Source: Candidatus Micrarchaeota archaeon (GTDB lineage Archaea; Micrarchaeota; Micrarchaeia; Micrarchaeales; CABMGC01). Taken from it: a DNA stretch of 64,000 nt. The translations under genes were made by a program, and so were the position numbers. The stretch covers positions 43,168 to 107,167 of the forward strand of contig JAJZKP010000001.1 in NCBI GenBank assembly GCA_021804105.1, written 5' to 3'. This document shows positions 10,912 through 20,835 of the stretch, piece after piece. Each line of letters starts with the position of its first letter. The first letter of the stretch is position 1. A model generated the notes under the pieces. It had not been told where the DNA came from. It saw only the letters and a program-made list of their open reading frames with translations, and made no database searches.

Positions 10912-12829
10912 GCACCCTCACTTCTTCAGCGTGCTCCTGGAGGAACTTCCTTCTCTGGGGCACATCAACGCCCATCAGCACGGTGAAGAGCTGTTCTGTT
11001 CTCATTGCATCAGCTATCGTAACTTTTTTTAACATTCTAGTATCAGGATTCATTGTTGTCTCCCATAACTGCTCGGGGTTCATTTCTCCAAGACCTTTAT
11101 ACCTTTGGAGGTCTACCTTGTCCCCAACCTCTTTTCTTTTTGACAGTAATTCTTCCTCGCTATAGCAATAGTAGACTTCTTTGCCCTTAGTTATCTTGTA
11201 GAGTGGGGGCTGGGCTATGTAGATATTGCCTGCTTCTATGAGTTTCTTCATATACCTGTAGAAGAAAGTTAGGAGGAGGGTTCTGATATGACTCCCGTCA
11301 ACATCTGCATCGCTCATCAGGATAATCTTATGGTATCTGAGGCCCTCGATGTTGAAGGATTCGTTTATACCTGCGCCGAATGCGGTAATCATAGCCTTTA
11401 TCTCTGCGTTATCGAATATCCTTTCGTAATTGGCCTTTTCAACGTTAAGGATCTTGCCTCTTAATGGAAGTATGGCCTGTGTATTCTTGTCCCTGCCGCT
11501 CTTGCTTGATCCCCCCGCGCTCTCTCCTTCCACTATAAATATTTCAGTTTTTGTAGGGTCATCATAAATGCAGTCGGCAAGCTTCCCCGGCAGCACGGAG
11601 CTGTCAAATATGCTTTTCTTTCTTGCAAGTTCTCTGGCCTTTCTAGAGCTCTCCCTTGCATTGGCTGCCATAAGCGCCTTTTCGATTATCGCTTTGGCAT
11701 CTACAGGATGCTCTTCAAGGTATGCAGACATGTTTGCGTAAACATCAGTTTCCAGGAGGTTCTTTACCCGGGTATTGCCAAGCTTTTCTTTTGTCTGACC
11801 TTCAAACTCCGGGTTCTGCATGAGTACGCTAAGTACGGCTGAAAGGCCCTCTCTTACATCTTCTCCGGTTACTTTTATTTCGGTCTTTATTGATTTACTC
11901 TTTGAGATATAGTTTAGTATAGCTCTTGTCAGGCCGCTATGAAATCCAATAACATGTGTCCCGCCTTCCGGGGTCCTTATGTTGTTTACAAAAGATTCCA
12001 GCCTTTCATCGTATGTGCTATTGTATTGCAGTGCATATTCTATTACTATGTCCCCTTCCTGCTGTTTTGAGCGTATTATGCTAGTAAGGGGGGCTTTGTC
12101 TGCATTGATGAACCTTATGAAATCTGAAATGCCGTCTGCAGATGTGTACGTCTGCGTTTCGTGCGGTTCAAATCTCTCATCTGTTAGTGTTATGCTTATT
12201 GAGGGATTAAGGAAGCTGGTGTACCTGAGCCTGTCTTTGAGCAAACCAGAGTCGAATGTGGTGGCAGGAAAAATCTCCTTGTCTGGCTTGAATTTTATTG
12301 TAGTACCAGTCCCACTTGAATCGCCCATCTGAGTAAGCTCTGATGTCGGGTTGCCCCTGCTGAAGGTTTGCTTATAGACATGGCCGTTCCTCTTGACGGT
12401 GACTTCTGTGAATTCGGAGAGTGCATTGACAACGGTTAGTCCGACGCCATGAAGCCCACCGGACACTTTGTATGCATCACCGGTAAACTTTCCGCCCTTA
12501 TGGAGTGTTGTCATTATTACCTCGAGCGCACTCTTGTTGTACTTTGGCATTATGTCTACAGGTATGCCCCTACCATCGTCGGTCACCTCGGCCATGTTGA
12601 CATCATTGTCCATGTAAAGGCGTATCTTGATGTTCTTAGCGTAGCCTGCCAGCGTTTCATCGACTGAGTTGTCTATAACCTCGTAAAGTAGGTGCAGAAC
12701 CCCAGATGTGCCTGTAGAACCTATGTACATCGCAGGCCTTTTTCGTATCCCCTGCGCCCCCTCAAGGACAATTATTTTTGAAGCGTTATACTCGTCTGGA
12801 TCAGTAGGCATTATATCGGCCGGTTCCAT
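10901..12829 (-). CDS. gyrB: DNA gyrase subunit B
   Basis: 642 aa with GHKL ATPase and Toprim motifs ([47 protein letters not shown]). It overlaps gyrA by 11 nt. Confidence 0.95.
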   Translation of the reverse strand: MEPADIMPTDPDEYNASKIIVLEGAQGIRKRPAMYIGSTGTSGVLHLLYEVIDNSVDETLAGYAKNIKIRLYMDNDVNMAEVTDDGRGIPVDIMPKYNKSALEVIMTTLHKGGKFTGDAYKVSGGLHGVGLTVVNALSEFTEVTVKRNGHVYKQTFSRGNPTSELTQMGDSSGTGTTIKFKPDKEIFPATTFDSGLLKDRLRYTSFLNPSISITLTDERFEPHETQTYTSADGISDFIRFINADKAPLTSIIRSKQQEGDIVIEYALQYNSTYDERLESFVNNIRTPEGGTHVIGFHSGLTRAILNYISKSKSIKTEIKVTGEDVREGLSAVLSVLMQNPEFEGQTKEKLGNTRVKNLLETDVYANMSAYLEEHPVDAKAIIEKALMAANARESSRKARELARKKSIFDSSVLPGKLADCIYDDPTKTEIFIVEGESAGGSSKSGRDKNTQAILPLRGKILNVEKANYERIFDNAEIKAMITAFGAGINESFNIEGLRYHKIILMSDADVDGSHIRTLLLTFFYRYMKKLIEAGNIYIAQPPLYKITKGKEVYYCYSEEELLSKRKEVGDKVDLQRYKGLGEMNPEQLWETTMNPDTRMLKKVTIADAMRTEQLFTVLMGVDVPQRRKFLQEHAEEVRVLDI

Positions 12830-12963
12830 CAGAAGATTAGGTAGTAGTACGTAGCATTTTAAAGAATATAAAGCTTTGGAAAAGCTCTTTACAGCTAAAT
12901 TGCAGATATAAAATCTGCGCTTTGTGTGGTGCGTTTTTTAAAGTAGCGTTTCATAATATAATC

Positions 12964-14298
12964 ATGCCAAGATCTGTAAAGACTGTGATAATTCTAGGCG
13001 CGGCTGGCCGTGATTTTCATGATTTTAATGTATTGTTTAGGGAAGACGATGCCTACAATGTAGTTGCCTTTACCGCTAACCAGATACCGTTCATCTCGGG
13101 CAGGCCTTATCCTAAGGAATTAAGCGGAGAAATGTATCCTGACGGGATAAAGATTTATGATGAATCTGGACTGCCTAGCCTAATCAAGAAATATAGTGCG
13201 GATGTGTGTGTGATGGCGTATAGCGACCTCAGATATCAGGACGTTATGGACAAGGCAAGCATTGCAAACGCAAACGGAGCCGATTTTTGGCTTATTTCCC
13301 CAGAACATACAATGCTGAAATCCGTGAAGCCGGTGATAGCGGTATGCGGCGTTAGGACAGGAGTCGGAAAAAGCCAGACTTCGAGGTATGTTTCGCTTGC
13401 ATTAAGAAAACTGGGCATGAAAGTTGCCATAATCAGGCATCCCATGCCGTACGGCATACTAAAAGACCAGGTACTTCAGAAGTTTGCCAGCCTCAAGGAC
13501 CTGGACAAATATAAGACCACCATAGAGGAGCGCGAGGATTATGAACCGCACATAAAGAATGGTTTTGTAGTTTATTCTGGTGTGGACTATGAAAAGATAC
13601 TCAGGCAGGCAGAGAAAGAGGCCGATGTGATACTCTGGGACGGAGGCAACAACGATGCGCCTTTTATAAAACCTGATTTGTTGATAGTTGTAGCTGATCC
13701 GCTCAGGGCGGGAAACGAACTGACGTATTACCCTGGAGAAACCGTTGCTAGGATGGCAGACATTCTTGTGATAAACAAGGTTAACAGCGCAAAGAATGAA
13801 GATGTTGAGAGGGTTGTGGCGGGATTGCGCCAGATCAACGGCAAGGCCAAGATACTTTACGCTGATTCCGTGATAAGTGTTGATAACCCTAATGGAATAA
13901 AGGGAAAGCGAGCTCTTTTAGTGGAAGATGGTCCTACAATAACTCACGGAGGCATGCTATTTGGTGCTGCAACTGTGGCAGCGAAGGAATATGGAGCAGG
14001 CAGCATAGTCAACGCAAAGAGGTATGCAGTAGGCACGCTTAAGGATGTATTCCAAAAATACACGCAGCTATCAGACGAGCTGCCTGCGGTAGGGTATAGC
14101 CCAAAGGAAGTCAGGGACCTTGAAGCTACTGTAAACTTGGCGGATTGTGACGTAGTAGTATCAGCTACACCGACAGATCTTAGACACATAATCAAGGCGA
14201 ACAAGCCAATCGTGCAGGTCTATTACGAGTTAAAGCCACGTGGCGGAGGCCTTGACAGTGAATTGAAATTGTTCTCCAAAAAAGCAACTAAGCAATGA
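12964..14298 (+). CDS. COG2403-family P-loop protein (predicted GTPase / cyclic 2,3-diphosphoglycerate synthetase-like)
   Basis: Family-typical blocks are GAAGRDFHDFN, FTANQIP, VCGVRTGVGKSQTS, RHPMPYG, EEREDYEP and WDGGNND. I prefer the ATG at 12964 over the tracked TTG at 12922. Confidence 0.6.
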   Translation: MPRSVKTVIILGAAGRDFHDFNVLFREDDAYNVVAFTANQIPFISGRPYPKELSGEMYPDGIKIYDESGLPSLIKKYSADVCVMAYSDLRYQDVMDKASIANANGADFWLISPEHTMLKSVKPVIAVCGVRTGVGKSQTSRYVSLALRKLGMKVAIIRHPMPYGILKDQVLQKFASLKDLDKYKTTIEEREDYEPHIKNGFVVYSGVDYEKILRQAEKEADVILWDGGNNDAPFIKPDLLIVVADPLRAGNELTYYPGETVARMADILVINKVNSAKNEDVERVVAGLRQINGKAKILYADSVISVDNPNGIKGKRALLVEDGPTITHGGMLFGAATVAAKEYGAGSIVNAKRYAVGTLKDVFQKYTQLSDELPAVGYSPKEVRDLEATVNLADCDVVVSATPTDLRHIIKANKPIVQVYYELKPRGGGLDSELKLFSKKATKQ

Positions 14299-14338
14299 TT
14301 ATTAAGATGAGCTGGATAAATATTCTTGCTCATTCTCT

Positions 14339-14413
14339 GGGTCCGTAACTCAGCTTGGTCAGAGTGGCTGGCTCTTAACCAGCAAGTCGAGGGTTCAAAT
14401 CCCCCCGGGCCCA
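14339..14413 (+). tRNA. tRNA-Lys (anticodon CUU)
   Basis: Hand-folded cloverleaf. The acceptor is GGGUCCG/CGGGCCC, the anticodon arm is GCUGG-CUCUUAA-CCAGC and the T loop is UUCAAAU. Length is 75 nt; CCA is not encoded. Confidence 0.9.
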
Positions 14414-14421
14414 CAGGCATG

Positions 14422-15234
14422 CTATAACTTAGAGTAAGCCATGGGCTTTGCCAGCTTTACCGTGGAATTATATATAGAGGTTGTGCATGCATGCCACCAT
14501 GATATCGAGAAATCTGCAGCTACGAATAACACTATGGCGAGAGGTGTGAATGCACCGGTTCCGCGTAGGAATGCCTCGATTATAGTAATAGTAACCACGG
14601 GGAGAAATGCCGTGATGTTTACCACAAGTATTGAGAGGGACTGGCCACTGAGTGATAGCCAGCTTATATTCATTGCCGTGTTGCGGTTAACCCTCTTATC
14701 GTTCATTACCTGCACTGAAATGGTATTGTTAAGATTTACCAGGTGGAGGACTATTGCCACTATAAATGCAACAGCCAGTGCAAAACCATACAATATGCTT
14801 GCAGATGCTACTATGTGAAATACTATCAGAATTATCCAGACATAGAGTATAGGAACCACTGGCCCCAGATAATTCAACGACATGGCTATTGGGCTTGCAA
14901 TGTTTGTGTTTTTGAGCTTTGCAGTAATGGATTTTGATCTTGCATCCAAAGGCGCCACGAGAAAAGCATCTAGGACAAAGAATACGATAGAATACACAAT
15001 TAATGCAGTGGCTGTGTGGGGTAGCAGTGCAAGGAATATGAATGATGTAAGGATGAGACTCCCCACTAAATTAACAATTAGCACCAGGGAATTCCTTGCC
15101 ATTGCGTCAAATCCTGATTTCAGGATTGCCTGCGCAGATATGCTGGGCACCGTTACATGCATGAACTGGTCTTTCCTATCCTCACTGAATTTGTGGGCCT
15201 GCAACTTTCTCCTTTCGGATCTGGTTATAGGCAT
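14422..15234 (-). CDS. polytopic membrane protein, function unknown
   Basis: 270 aa with several long hydrophobic segments. No motif recognised. Confidence 0.5.
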   Translation of the reverse strand: MPITRSERRKLQAHKFSEDRKDQFMHVTVPSISAQAILKSGFDAMARNSLVLIVNLVGSLILTSFIFLALLPHTATALIVYSIVFFVLDAFLVAPLDARSKSITAKLKNTNIASPIAMSLNYLGPVVPILYVWIILIVFHIVASASILYGFALAVAFIVAIVLHLVNLNNTISVQVMNDKRVNRNTAMNISWLSLSGQSLSILVVNITAFLPVVTITIIEAFLRGTGAFTPLAIVLFVAADFSISWWHACTTSIYNSTVKLAKPMAYSKL

Positions 15235-15239
15235 CTTAT

Positions 15240-15647
15240 CTACTTGTCAATAGGCAATACTATGGTCGGGCCTCCTTTGGATGCCCCAATGGCTTTTGTG
15301 CCTACATACTTGATTGCTGTGCCTATGGCCGTGACTTCCATCCAGCTCCCCATAGGTATTACATTAAGCTTTACTTCTACAACACCATCAGCGCCGAGTT
15401 TGGAAGCTTCCTCCTTCATCCTTCCTAGCGCCATCTCTCTTGCGTTGTACATTAGCTCTGTAATCTGAGGGACTTCGCCCTTGGCCATGCCCTTCACTGC
15501 ACTTCCAAGACCGCCTACAACACCCATGCTGTATACGGAATTACCGAGGACGAGGCCCACAGGCATGTAGCCTTTGTCAAGAAGCAGCCAGAAATCAGAT
15601 GTGCTCAGGTCGCTTGTAAAGACATCTTTGTTGTCGTTGGCTGACAT
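15240..15647 (-). CDS. YbjQ/UPF0145 (DUF74) family protein
   Basis: 135 aa with the family pattern (GLVLGNSVYSMGVVGGLGS...REMALGRMKEEASKLGADGVVEVKL). Confidence 0.7.
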   Translation of the reverse strand: MSANDNKDVFTSDLSTSDFWLLLDKGYMPVGLVLGNSVYSMGVVGGLGSAVKGMAKGEVPQITELMYNAREMALGRMKEEASKLGADGVVEVKLNVIPMGSWMEVTAIGTAIKYVGTKAIGASKGGPTIVLPIDK

Positions 15648-15711
15648 AGAACCTGTTTTAATTGTACGGCAACGAATAAAAAGGTTCTTGCATATCTATG
15701 TGTGGTTTGTT

Positions 15712-16188
15712 ATGGTTTCTCTGCTCGGCATTATATCCGTAATAATTGCTGTGATATTCGTTCTTTTAGGATTGATTCTGTTGGTTGCGGGGTCGCTCTT
15801 AGGCTTAGTATTTTTGATATTTGCCTTTGTGCTTGCCTTTTTAGGGATAGCTATGCTTAATGCCCCAACCATGCCGAATTTACAGGTTATCGGAAATAGG
15901 TATACAGATACAATATATCCAACAAGCATTCGCAACACAACGCAAGCAAGTAGCAATTTGGGACCTGCAAACACGTTCCTAGGACGGAAAAACGCGCAAC
16001 GGGCATATCTTCTGCCGTTGATTTTGGGGTTAATATACCTACTCACAAACTGGTTTTTAGGAGTTTTGATGTTGATCGTTGCGGCATGGTTGTTCCTCAA
16101 CCCCGCCGTAGGGCGTAAAACACAGCAGTTTAGGATAATGCCGTCCTATACAGGATTTCAGGGCATTGATTCTGATGGGTTTGAGTAG
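15712..16188 (+). CDS. small membrane protein, function unknown
   Basis: Two to four hydrophobic helices. The ATG at 15712 avoids the overlap with the ybjQ-like gene that the tracked start at 15574 creates. Confidence 0.4.
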   Translation: MVSLLGIISVIIAVIFVLLGLILLVAGSLLGLVFLIFAFVLAFLGIAMLNAPTMPNLQVIGNRYTDTIYPTSIRNTTQASSNLGPANTFLGRKNAQRAYLLPLILGLIYLLTNWFLGVLMLIVAAWLFLNPAVGRKTQQFRIMPSYTGFQGIDSDGFE

Positions 16189-16363
16189 TAAATTAAGAAT
16201 TACCAGAAGATTGATTACCAAAATAACAAATATATGTAGTTATGTTGTTTACAAAACACAAGTATATATAGTAGTTATGCGTAATATACATTGAATGGTG
16301 TGCAGGCGTTATGCCTGCAACAATTATATATGGAACCTGCCATTTTATGGCTGAGGCGATTTT

Positions 16364-17101
16364 ATGCAGAAAAAGACCAAATTTTCGAAAAAGAGCAAGC
16401 CAGAGTTGAGCACCGGTAGGAAGCCTGGGAAGAAGCCGAGCAAGGCCGTGGCAAGGAAAGCTGCAGTGCATAAGAAACCTACCAAGATCCCACATAAGAT
16501 TAGAAGCAAGGCTGTTGTGAAGAAGAACGACGCGGCTGCAAAAAGAGTCGTGGCACAAGCAGTAGACCAGCAAGGAAGCGCAGATGAATTGATGAGGATA
16601 AAGGATGCAAACCAAATAATTTCAGGAGAGTTGTTCTCAGAATTTGTCGTGAAGAATGTGGGCAAGCAGGGAGTAGAATTGGCAAAGACGCTAAATGCAT
16701 CACCACATACCGATGACAAACTTGCATCTAGGATGGATATCAAGGTAAACGAAGTTAGAAGGATGCTCAACGTGCTGAACGGCTACGGCATAACAAGGTA
16801 TGATATAAACAAGGATGGAAAGGGATGGCTTACGTTCAAGTGGTACTTGGATAGGGAGAAGCTGACTGCTTTCCACGGTGTCTTGCAGGAAAAGCAGAAT
16901 GGCCAAAAAGTCAACCTTCAGGAGAACTGCAATGATTTTTTTTATTGTGATTCGTGTTATAAGAACCAGAAACTTATCCTGCCGTTCGATTCTGCGTACG
17001 AGCTCAATTTTAAATGCGAAGGTTGTGGAAAGATTCTAGGAGTTCTCAACAAAGAACAGGCAAATGCACTATTTACATCAAATAGTAAGCCCAGCATATA
17101 A
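16364..17101 (+). CDS. tfe: transcription factor E (TFE/TFIIE-alpha homolog) with a ~76-aa Lys-rich N-terminal extension
   Basis: It has a winged-helix region (DDKLASRMDIKVNEVRRMLNVLNGYGITRY...GWLTFKWYLD) and a zinc ribbon (CDSC...CEGC). A GAGG sits 7 nt upstream of ATG 16364. An in-frame ATG at 16592 would give a canonical 169-aa TFE. Confidence 0.8.
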   Translation: MQKKTKFSKKSKPELSTGRKPGKKPSKAVARKAAVHKKPTKIPHKIRSKAVVKKNDAAAKRVVAQAVDQQGSADELMRIKDANQIISGELFSEFVVKNVGKQGVELAKTLNASPHTDDKLASRMDIKVNEVRRMLNVLNGYGITRYDINKDGKGWLTFKWYLDREKLTAFHGVLQEKQNGQKVNLQENCNDFFYCDSCYKNQKLILPFDSAYELNFKCEGCGKILGVLNKEQANALFTSNSKPSI

Positions 17102-17197
17102 TTTCTAATTTGCGTTTAGGCACGTTCTACGCAAAACAAGCCCCAGTAGCACAGAGAAGGCTTTATATAAAAGCGCGGGCAAAAAGAAACATATCAA

Positions 17198-17272
17198 AGC
17201 GGGGTAGGGTAGCATGGAGTGCCCGCCGGGCTCATAACCCGGAGACCGATGGTTCAAATCCATCTCCCGCTA
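17198..17272 (+). tRNA. initiator tRNA-Met (anticodon CAU)
   Basis: The acceptor starts with an A1:U72 pair (AGCGGGG...UCCCGCU). The anticodon arm is CCGGG-CUCAUAA-CCCGG with three G:C pairs next to the loop, which is an archaeal initiator signature. Confidence 0.9.
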
Positions 17273-17459
17273 TTTTATCTTTAAACAAAAACAACACCAG
17301 GACCCCACAGTTCCACTATTCGTGTTTTTGTAATATAATATATACCTTATCTATGTCATTAATAGATTATACACAAACGCGTTTTGTTTTTACAAATAAA
17401 AGCGGAAGTGTGGTGTACGGCTAGGTGTTTTTACGGAAACCATAATTCAAACGGAGTTT

Positions 17460-17903
17460 TTGTTCTCTAGGCTGGCAGAAGAGAAAAAAACAGGCGAGCT
17501 CCTTCCGTTGCCCGCAAGTTTTTATAGGGACGTTGAAGAAACAATAAAGAAACACGACAAAACAGGAACTCCTGCAGAACAGCAGAATAAACAAACTATA
17601 CTCAACATGCTAAAGGCCAAAAGAACACAGAAGATACTCATATACATAGCATACGGAAAGCCGATCCCCACACAACTACCCTCAGAGGAGGAAGCACTCT
17701 ATTACCAAATACTAAAAACACTGAACAAAGAGGCTAATATTCCAAGAACCGCGAAAATAAGGATACTTATAAATATACCAGAAATCATAACTACTCAAGG
17801 GAACAAAATCGGCCCCTACCAAGAAGGAGAAGTTATTCAGATGGAGGATTCCGGAGACGCCGAATTCGTCATCAATAACAAAATAGGGGAAATAATAAGC
17901 TGA
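17460..17903 (+). CDS. GINS-like DNA replication complex subunit (Gins51/15-like), putative
   Basis: 147 aa with a TTG start. The N-terminus (LLPLPASFYRDVEE) and the C-terminal beta domain (IRILINIPEIITTQGNKIGPYQEGEVIQMEDSGDAEFVINNKIGEII) resemble archaeal GINS A and B domains. This rests on recollection of the family pattern only. Confidence 0.45.
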   Translation: MFSRLAEEKKTGELLPLPASFYRDVEETIKKHDKTGTPAEQQNKQTILNMLKAKRTQKILIYIAYGKPIPTQLPSEEEALYYQILKTLNKEANIPRTAKIRILINIPEIITTQGNKIGPYQEGEVIQMEDSGDAEFVINNKIGEIIS

Positions 17904-17907
17904 TATT

Positions 17908-18189
17908 ATGAAAATAGAAAAAGAAATAACTACGTACTGCAAGTTCTGCAACAAGCACACAAAACACGGCGTAAAGATATACACCAAAAAACAAACATCG
18001 GGACTCAGCATCGGCACAAGAAGGCACAATCGCGCCATACGCGGCTACGTGGGAAGCGTAGAGCCTAAAATACACCCGAAGAAGCTTGGAAAGAAACAGA
18101 AGGTAATGCTGCAATGTGCCGATTGCAAGAAAGTTACTGATCGTGTATTCGGACTTCGTACGAAGAAAAAGATAGAGATAAAGCGCTGA
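17908..18189 (+). CDS. rpl44e: 50S ribosomal protein L44e (eL42)
   Basis: 93 aa with zinc-ribbon cysteines CKFC...CADC and a basic composition typical of L44e. Confidence 0.9.
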   Translation: MKIEKEITTYCKFCNKHTKHGVKIYTKKQTSGLSIGTRRHNRAIRGYVGSVEPKIHPKKLGKKQKVMLQCADCKKVTDRVFGLRTKKKIEIKR

Positions 18190-18193
18190 TCCG

Positions 18194-18964
18194 ATGATAT
18201 ACCCGAAAGAGCTTCCAGACACAGGCGAGCTCGTCATCGTCAAGGTAAGCAAAATAATGCCCCATGGCGCATATTGCTCCCTTCAAGAATACAATGCAGA
18301 TGCGTACCTGCCCATATCTGAGATAGCTTCAGGATGGATAAAAAACATACATGAATTCATAAAAGAAGGCCAGAAGGAGGTTGCAAAGGTAATATTTGTT
18401 GACAAGAGCAAGAAAGCAATAGACATATCGTTTAAGAAGGCAACTTCTGGGGAGAAGAAGAACAAGATAACCGAGTATAACCTGGAAAAGAGAGCCGAGG
18501 GAATATTCAACAAAGCCCTGGCCGGTTCCAAAAGCGAGGGCAGGAAAGCAGAGATACTCAAAGAAGTGTCTCAGAGAGAGCACACATACAACGATCTGAT
18601 AAACGATATATTCGAAAACAAGGATCCTCTATCAGGCATGAAGGATAAGGAGTTCAAACAGGCCCTGTATGATCTTGTATTCAAGACGATCAAACCAAAA
18701 ACATACACTGTGTCATACACTGTCGAACTTACCACTACCGATACGAAAGGGGGGATAGAACTCATAAAAGAGGCGCTCTCTGCAATAGAACAGAAGGGCG
18801 TTGAAGTGCTCTATCTCGGAGCCCCGCACTATCGCCTCCAGGCAGAGGATTCCAGCTATCCGAAAGCCGAAGACAAGATAAAGGCCGCCGAGGCGGTGCT
18901 GGAAAAATACAACAAGAGGATAGCCTTTGCGATAAGAAGCAACAAGGGTGCGGTAAATGGATAA
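18194..18964 (+). CDS. translation initiation factor aIF2 alpha subunit
   Basis: 256 aa. The N-terminal S1 domain is clear (ELPDTGELVIVKVSKIMPHGAYCSLQEY...AYLPISEIASGWIKNIHEF). Confidence 0.9.
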   Translation: MIYPKELPDTGELVIVKVSKIMPHGAYCSLQEYNADAYLPISEIASGWIKNIHEFIKEGQKEVAKVIFVDKSKKAIDISFKKATSGEKKNKITEYNLEKRAEGIFNKALAGSKSEGRKAEILKEVSQREHTYNDLINDIFENKDPLSGMKDKEFKQALYDLVFKTIKPKTYTVSYTVELTTTDTKGGIELIKEALSAIEQKGVEVLYLGAPHYRLQAEDSSYPKAEDKIKAAEAVLEKYNKRIAFAIRSNKGAVNG

Positions 18965-19727
18965 GACAAGCATATACTACAACAACAAGCAGAAACTCAA
19001 GAATCCGGTGCTTATAGTGGGTTTGCCAGGAATTGGTACTGTGGGAAGCCTGGTAGGCGAGCACCTGAGGAACACGCTTAAGGCGAAAAGGCTTGCAACT
19101 TTATACTCACCTCACTTCCTACACCAAGCCATAATGATGAAGAACGGAGGGCTCCGACTAGCCAGCAACAGGTTTTACTCTTGCATAAACGAAAAGACCG
19201 GGCAGAGTATAGTGATCCTTGTAGGAGATATGCAGGCCGGCACACCCGAAGGCCAATATGAGATCAACGAAAGGATAGTAAGATTCTTCAAGTCTCTTGG
19301 CGGCAGCACTGTATATACTGTTGGCGGTTACAACATAAGCACCCAATACGTTAACAAACCCCGTGTATTCGGGGTTGCCACTGACAAGGAAACAAGAGAG
19401 AACCTGAAGAAGGAGGGCGTAATCATTGGCCAGGCAGCCGGTGCTGTGTGGGGATCGGCTGGGCTTATAGTAGCATTTTCCAAAGAGCATGGAATGCACG
19501 GTGCATGCCTGATGGGCGAGACAGGAATGCTTGAAATAGATGCCAACGCCGCTAAGGCCGTGTTGGAAAAGCTGAAAAGCATGCTAAAGCTTGACATTGA
19601 CCTATCAAGCATAGACAAGATAAAGGCAGAGACAGAAAATCTCCTGAAAGAGATGGAGAAAGCAGGGGGCGCACCGGGGGATCAGCAGCCGCCGCCGCCA
19701 TCGCAACCGCTTCCATACATACGATAG
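18957..19727 (+). CDS. PAC2-family proteasome assembly chaperone-like protein (COG1938)
   Basis: N-terminal pattern PVLIVGLPGIGTVGSLVGEHL. Its position after aIF2-alpha matches the conserved archaeal cluster. It overlaps aIF2-alpha by 8 nt. Confidence 0.65.
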   Translation: MDKTSIYYNNKQKLKNPVLIVGLPGIGTVGSLVGEHLRNTLKAKRLATLYSPHFLHQAIMMKNGGLRLASNRFYSCINEKTGQSIVILVGDMQAGTPEGQYEINERIVRFFKSLGGSTVYTVGGYNISTQYVNKPRVFGVATDKETRENLKKEGVIIGQAAGAVWGSAGLIVAFSKEHGMHGACLMGETGMLEIDANAAKAVLEKLKSMLKLDIDLSSIDKIKAETENLLKEMEKAGGAPGDQQPPPPSQPLPYIR

Positions 19728-19788
19728 TAGCGCAGTAACTGCCTTTACCTATGGCCTTTAAATTCTTGCATAAAGTTACTTTTGCAGT

Positions 19789-20226
19789 ATGCCAAATAGA
19801 ATGCGTTTGAATAAAGCGTATAACAAAATCCATTGGCTGCGCTTTTCACTGGTATTTTTTGCCCTCCTGAATGTTGCTAGCCATCTATTCGCAAGCCCTG
19901 GCGCCAACAGCCAAGTTACCTTCTGGCTGGAAACAGAAGTCGCTTTCTATTCAATAATAGGGATTGTATACCTGCTAGGATTAAGGGTGTGGTACATGCC
20001 CGCACTGCTGTATAGTATTCTAAACATAACTATATTCTTCATTTCAGCGTTTGTGATACTTCCTGGAATAACGACACAGGTGCTTGTAGGCCACATACAG
20101 TTCGCACAGTATGGCTACGGAAGAGGCATATCCCTCATAGCATGGGTATATCTTATAATATTCGGTGCGCTGGCTTTAAAGTACGACAAAGGATCCGAAG
20201 TAAACGTATTGCTGGCTAGAAGCTAG
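19789..20226 (+). CDS. small integral membrane protein, function unknown
   Basis: 145 aa with four hydrophobic segments. Confidence 0.5.
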   Translation: MPNRMRLNKAYNKIHWLRFSLVFFALLNVASHLFASPGANSQVTFWLETEVAFYSIIGIVYLLGLRVWYMPALLYSILNITIFFISAFVILPGITTQVLVGHIQFAQYGYGRGISLIAWVYLIIFGALALKYDKGSEVNVLLARS

Positions 20227-20421
20227 TCGAATCGTTCTTAATTTACATCTGCTTAGCGCCGTTGCACATAATTGTCAAAACCGTTTTTTCTGTAAAATAA
20301 GTTTACCAATTAAACGCACTCCCTGCTTGCCCACCGCTTACATGTAAAATAAGAAAATCTAAAAAGTAATAAAACAGGTGCTATCTTAATACACATACTG
20401 TAAAATATGGGATGCTATGAT

Positions 20422-20494
20422 GCGCCAATAATCTAGCCTGGTAGGATCCGAGCTTCCCAAGCTCGATGCCCGGGTTCAAATCCCGGTTGGCGCA
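20422..20494 (+). tRNA. tRNA-Gly (anticodon CCC)
   Basis: The acceptor is GCGCCAA/UUGGCGC, the anticodon arm is CGAGC-UUCCCAA-GCUCG and the T arm is CCGGG-UUCAAAU-CCCGG. Confidence 0.9.
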
Positions 20495-20546
20495 TAATCA
20501 CAGGCAATATTTATAAGAGGGGAAAACCTGATACCTAGTGATATTC

Positions 20547-20726
20547 ATGGCAACTAGACAAAGACCAATGAACATGAAGCAGATCCTTGCAGTAGGCATG
20601 GGCGTGCCTGAGGATAAGGCGATAAAGGAGGTAAGCCCCAGGGGCGAGCAGCTGTGCCTTCCAAAACCAAGGCCTGTAACCAGAGAGCCAGAAGGCGATG
20701 CCACAGACAGCATACTGATCTGGTAA
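20547..20726 (+). CDS. hypothetical small protein (59 aa)
   Basis: An ORF with a TATA-like TTTATAA about 30 nt upstream of the ATG. No homology recognised. An antisense ORF of similar size exists. Confidence 0.3.
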   Translation: MATRQRPMNMKQILAVGMGVPEDKAIKEVSPRGEQLCLPKPRPVTREPEGDATDSILIW

Positions 20727-20835
20727 TCCACAAAATAATAAACCTGGCTACTTGCTTCCCTTCAGGCCATTGCCTGTCTGGAGCTTAGATTCCGGTAGGC
20801 TTTAGCATACAGAATCACAGCTGCCTGGCGCGGTA

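Noticed and set aside
17110-17424. A 104-aa tracked ORF spanning the initiator tRNA. A similar case is 14223..14420, which spans tRNA-Lys.
   Set aside because: Each ORF contains a complete, well-folding tRNA gene, and the translated sequence has no protein-like features.
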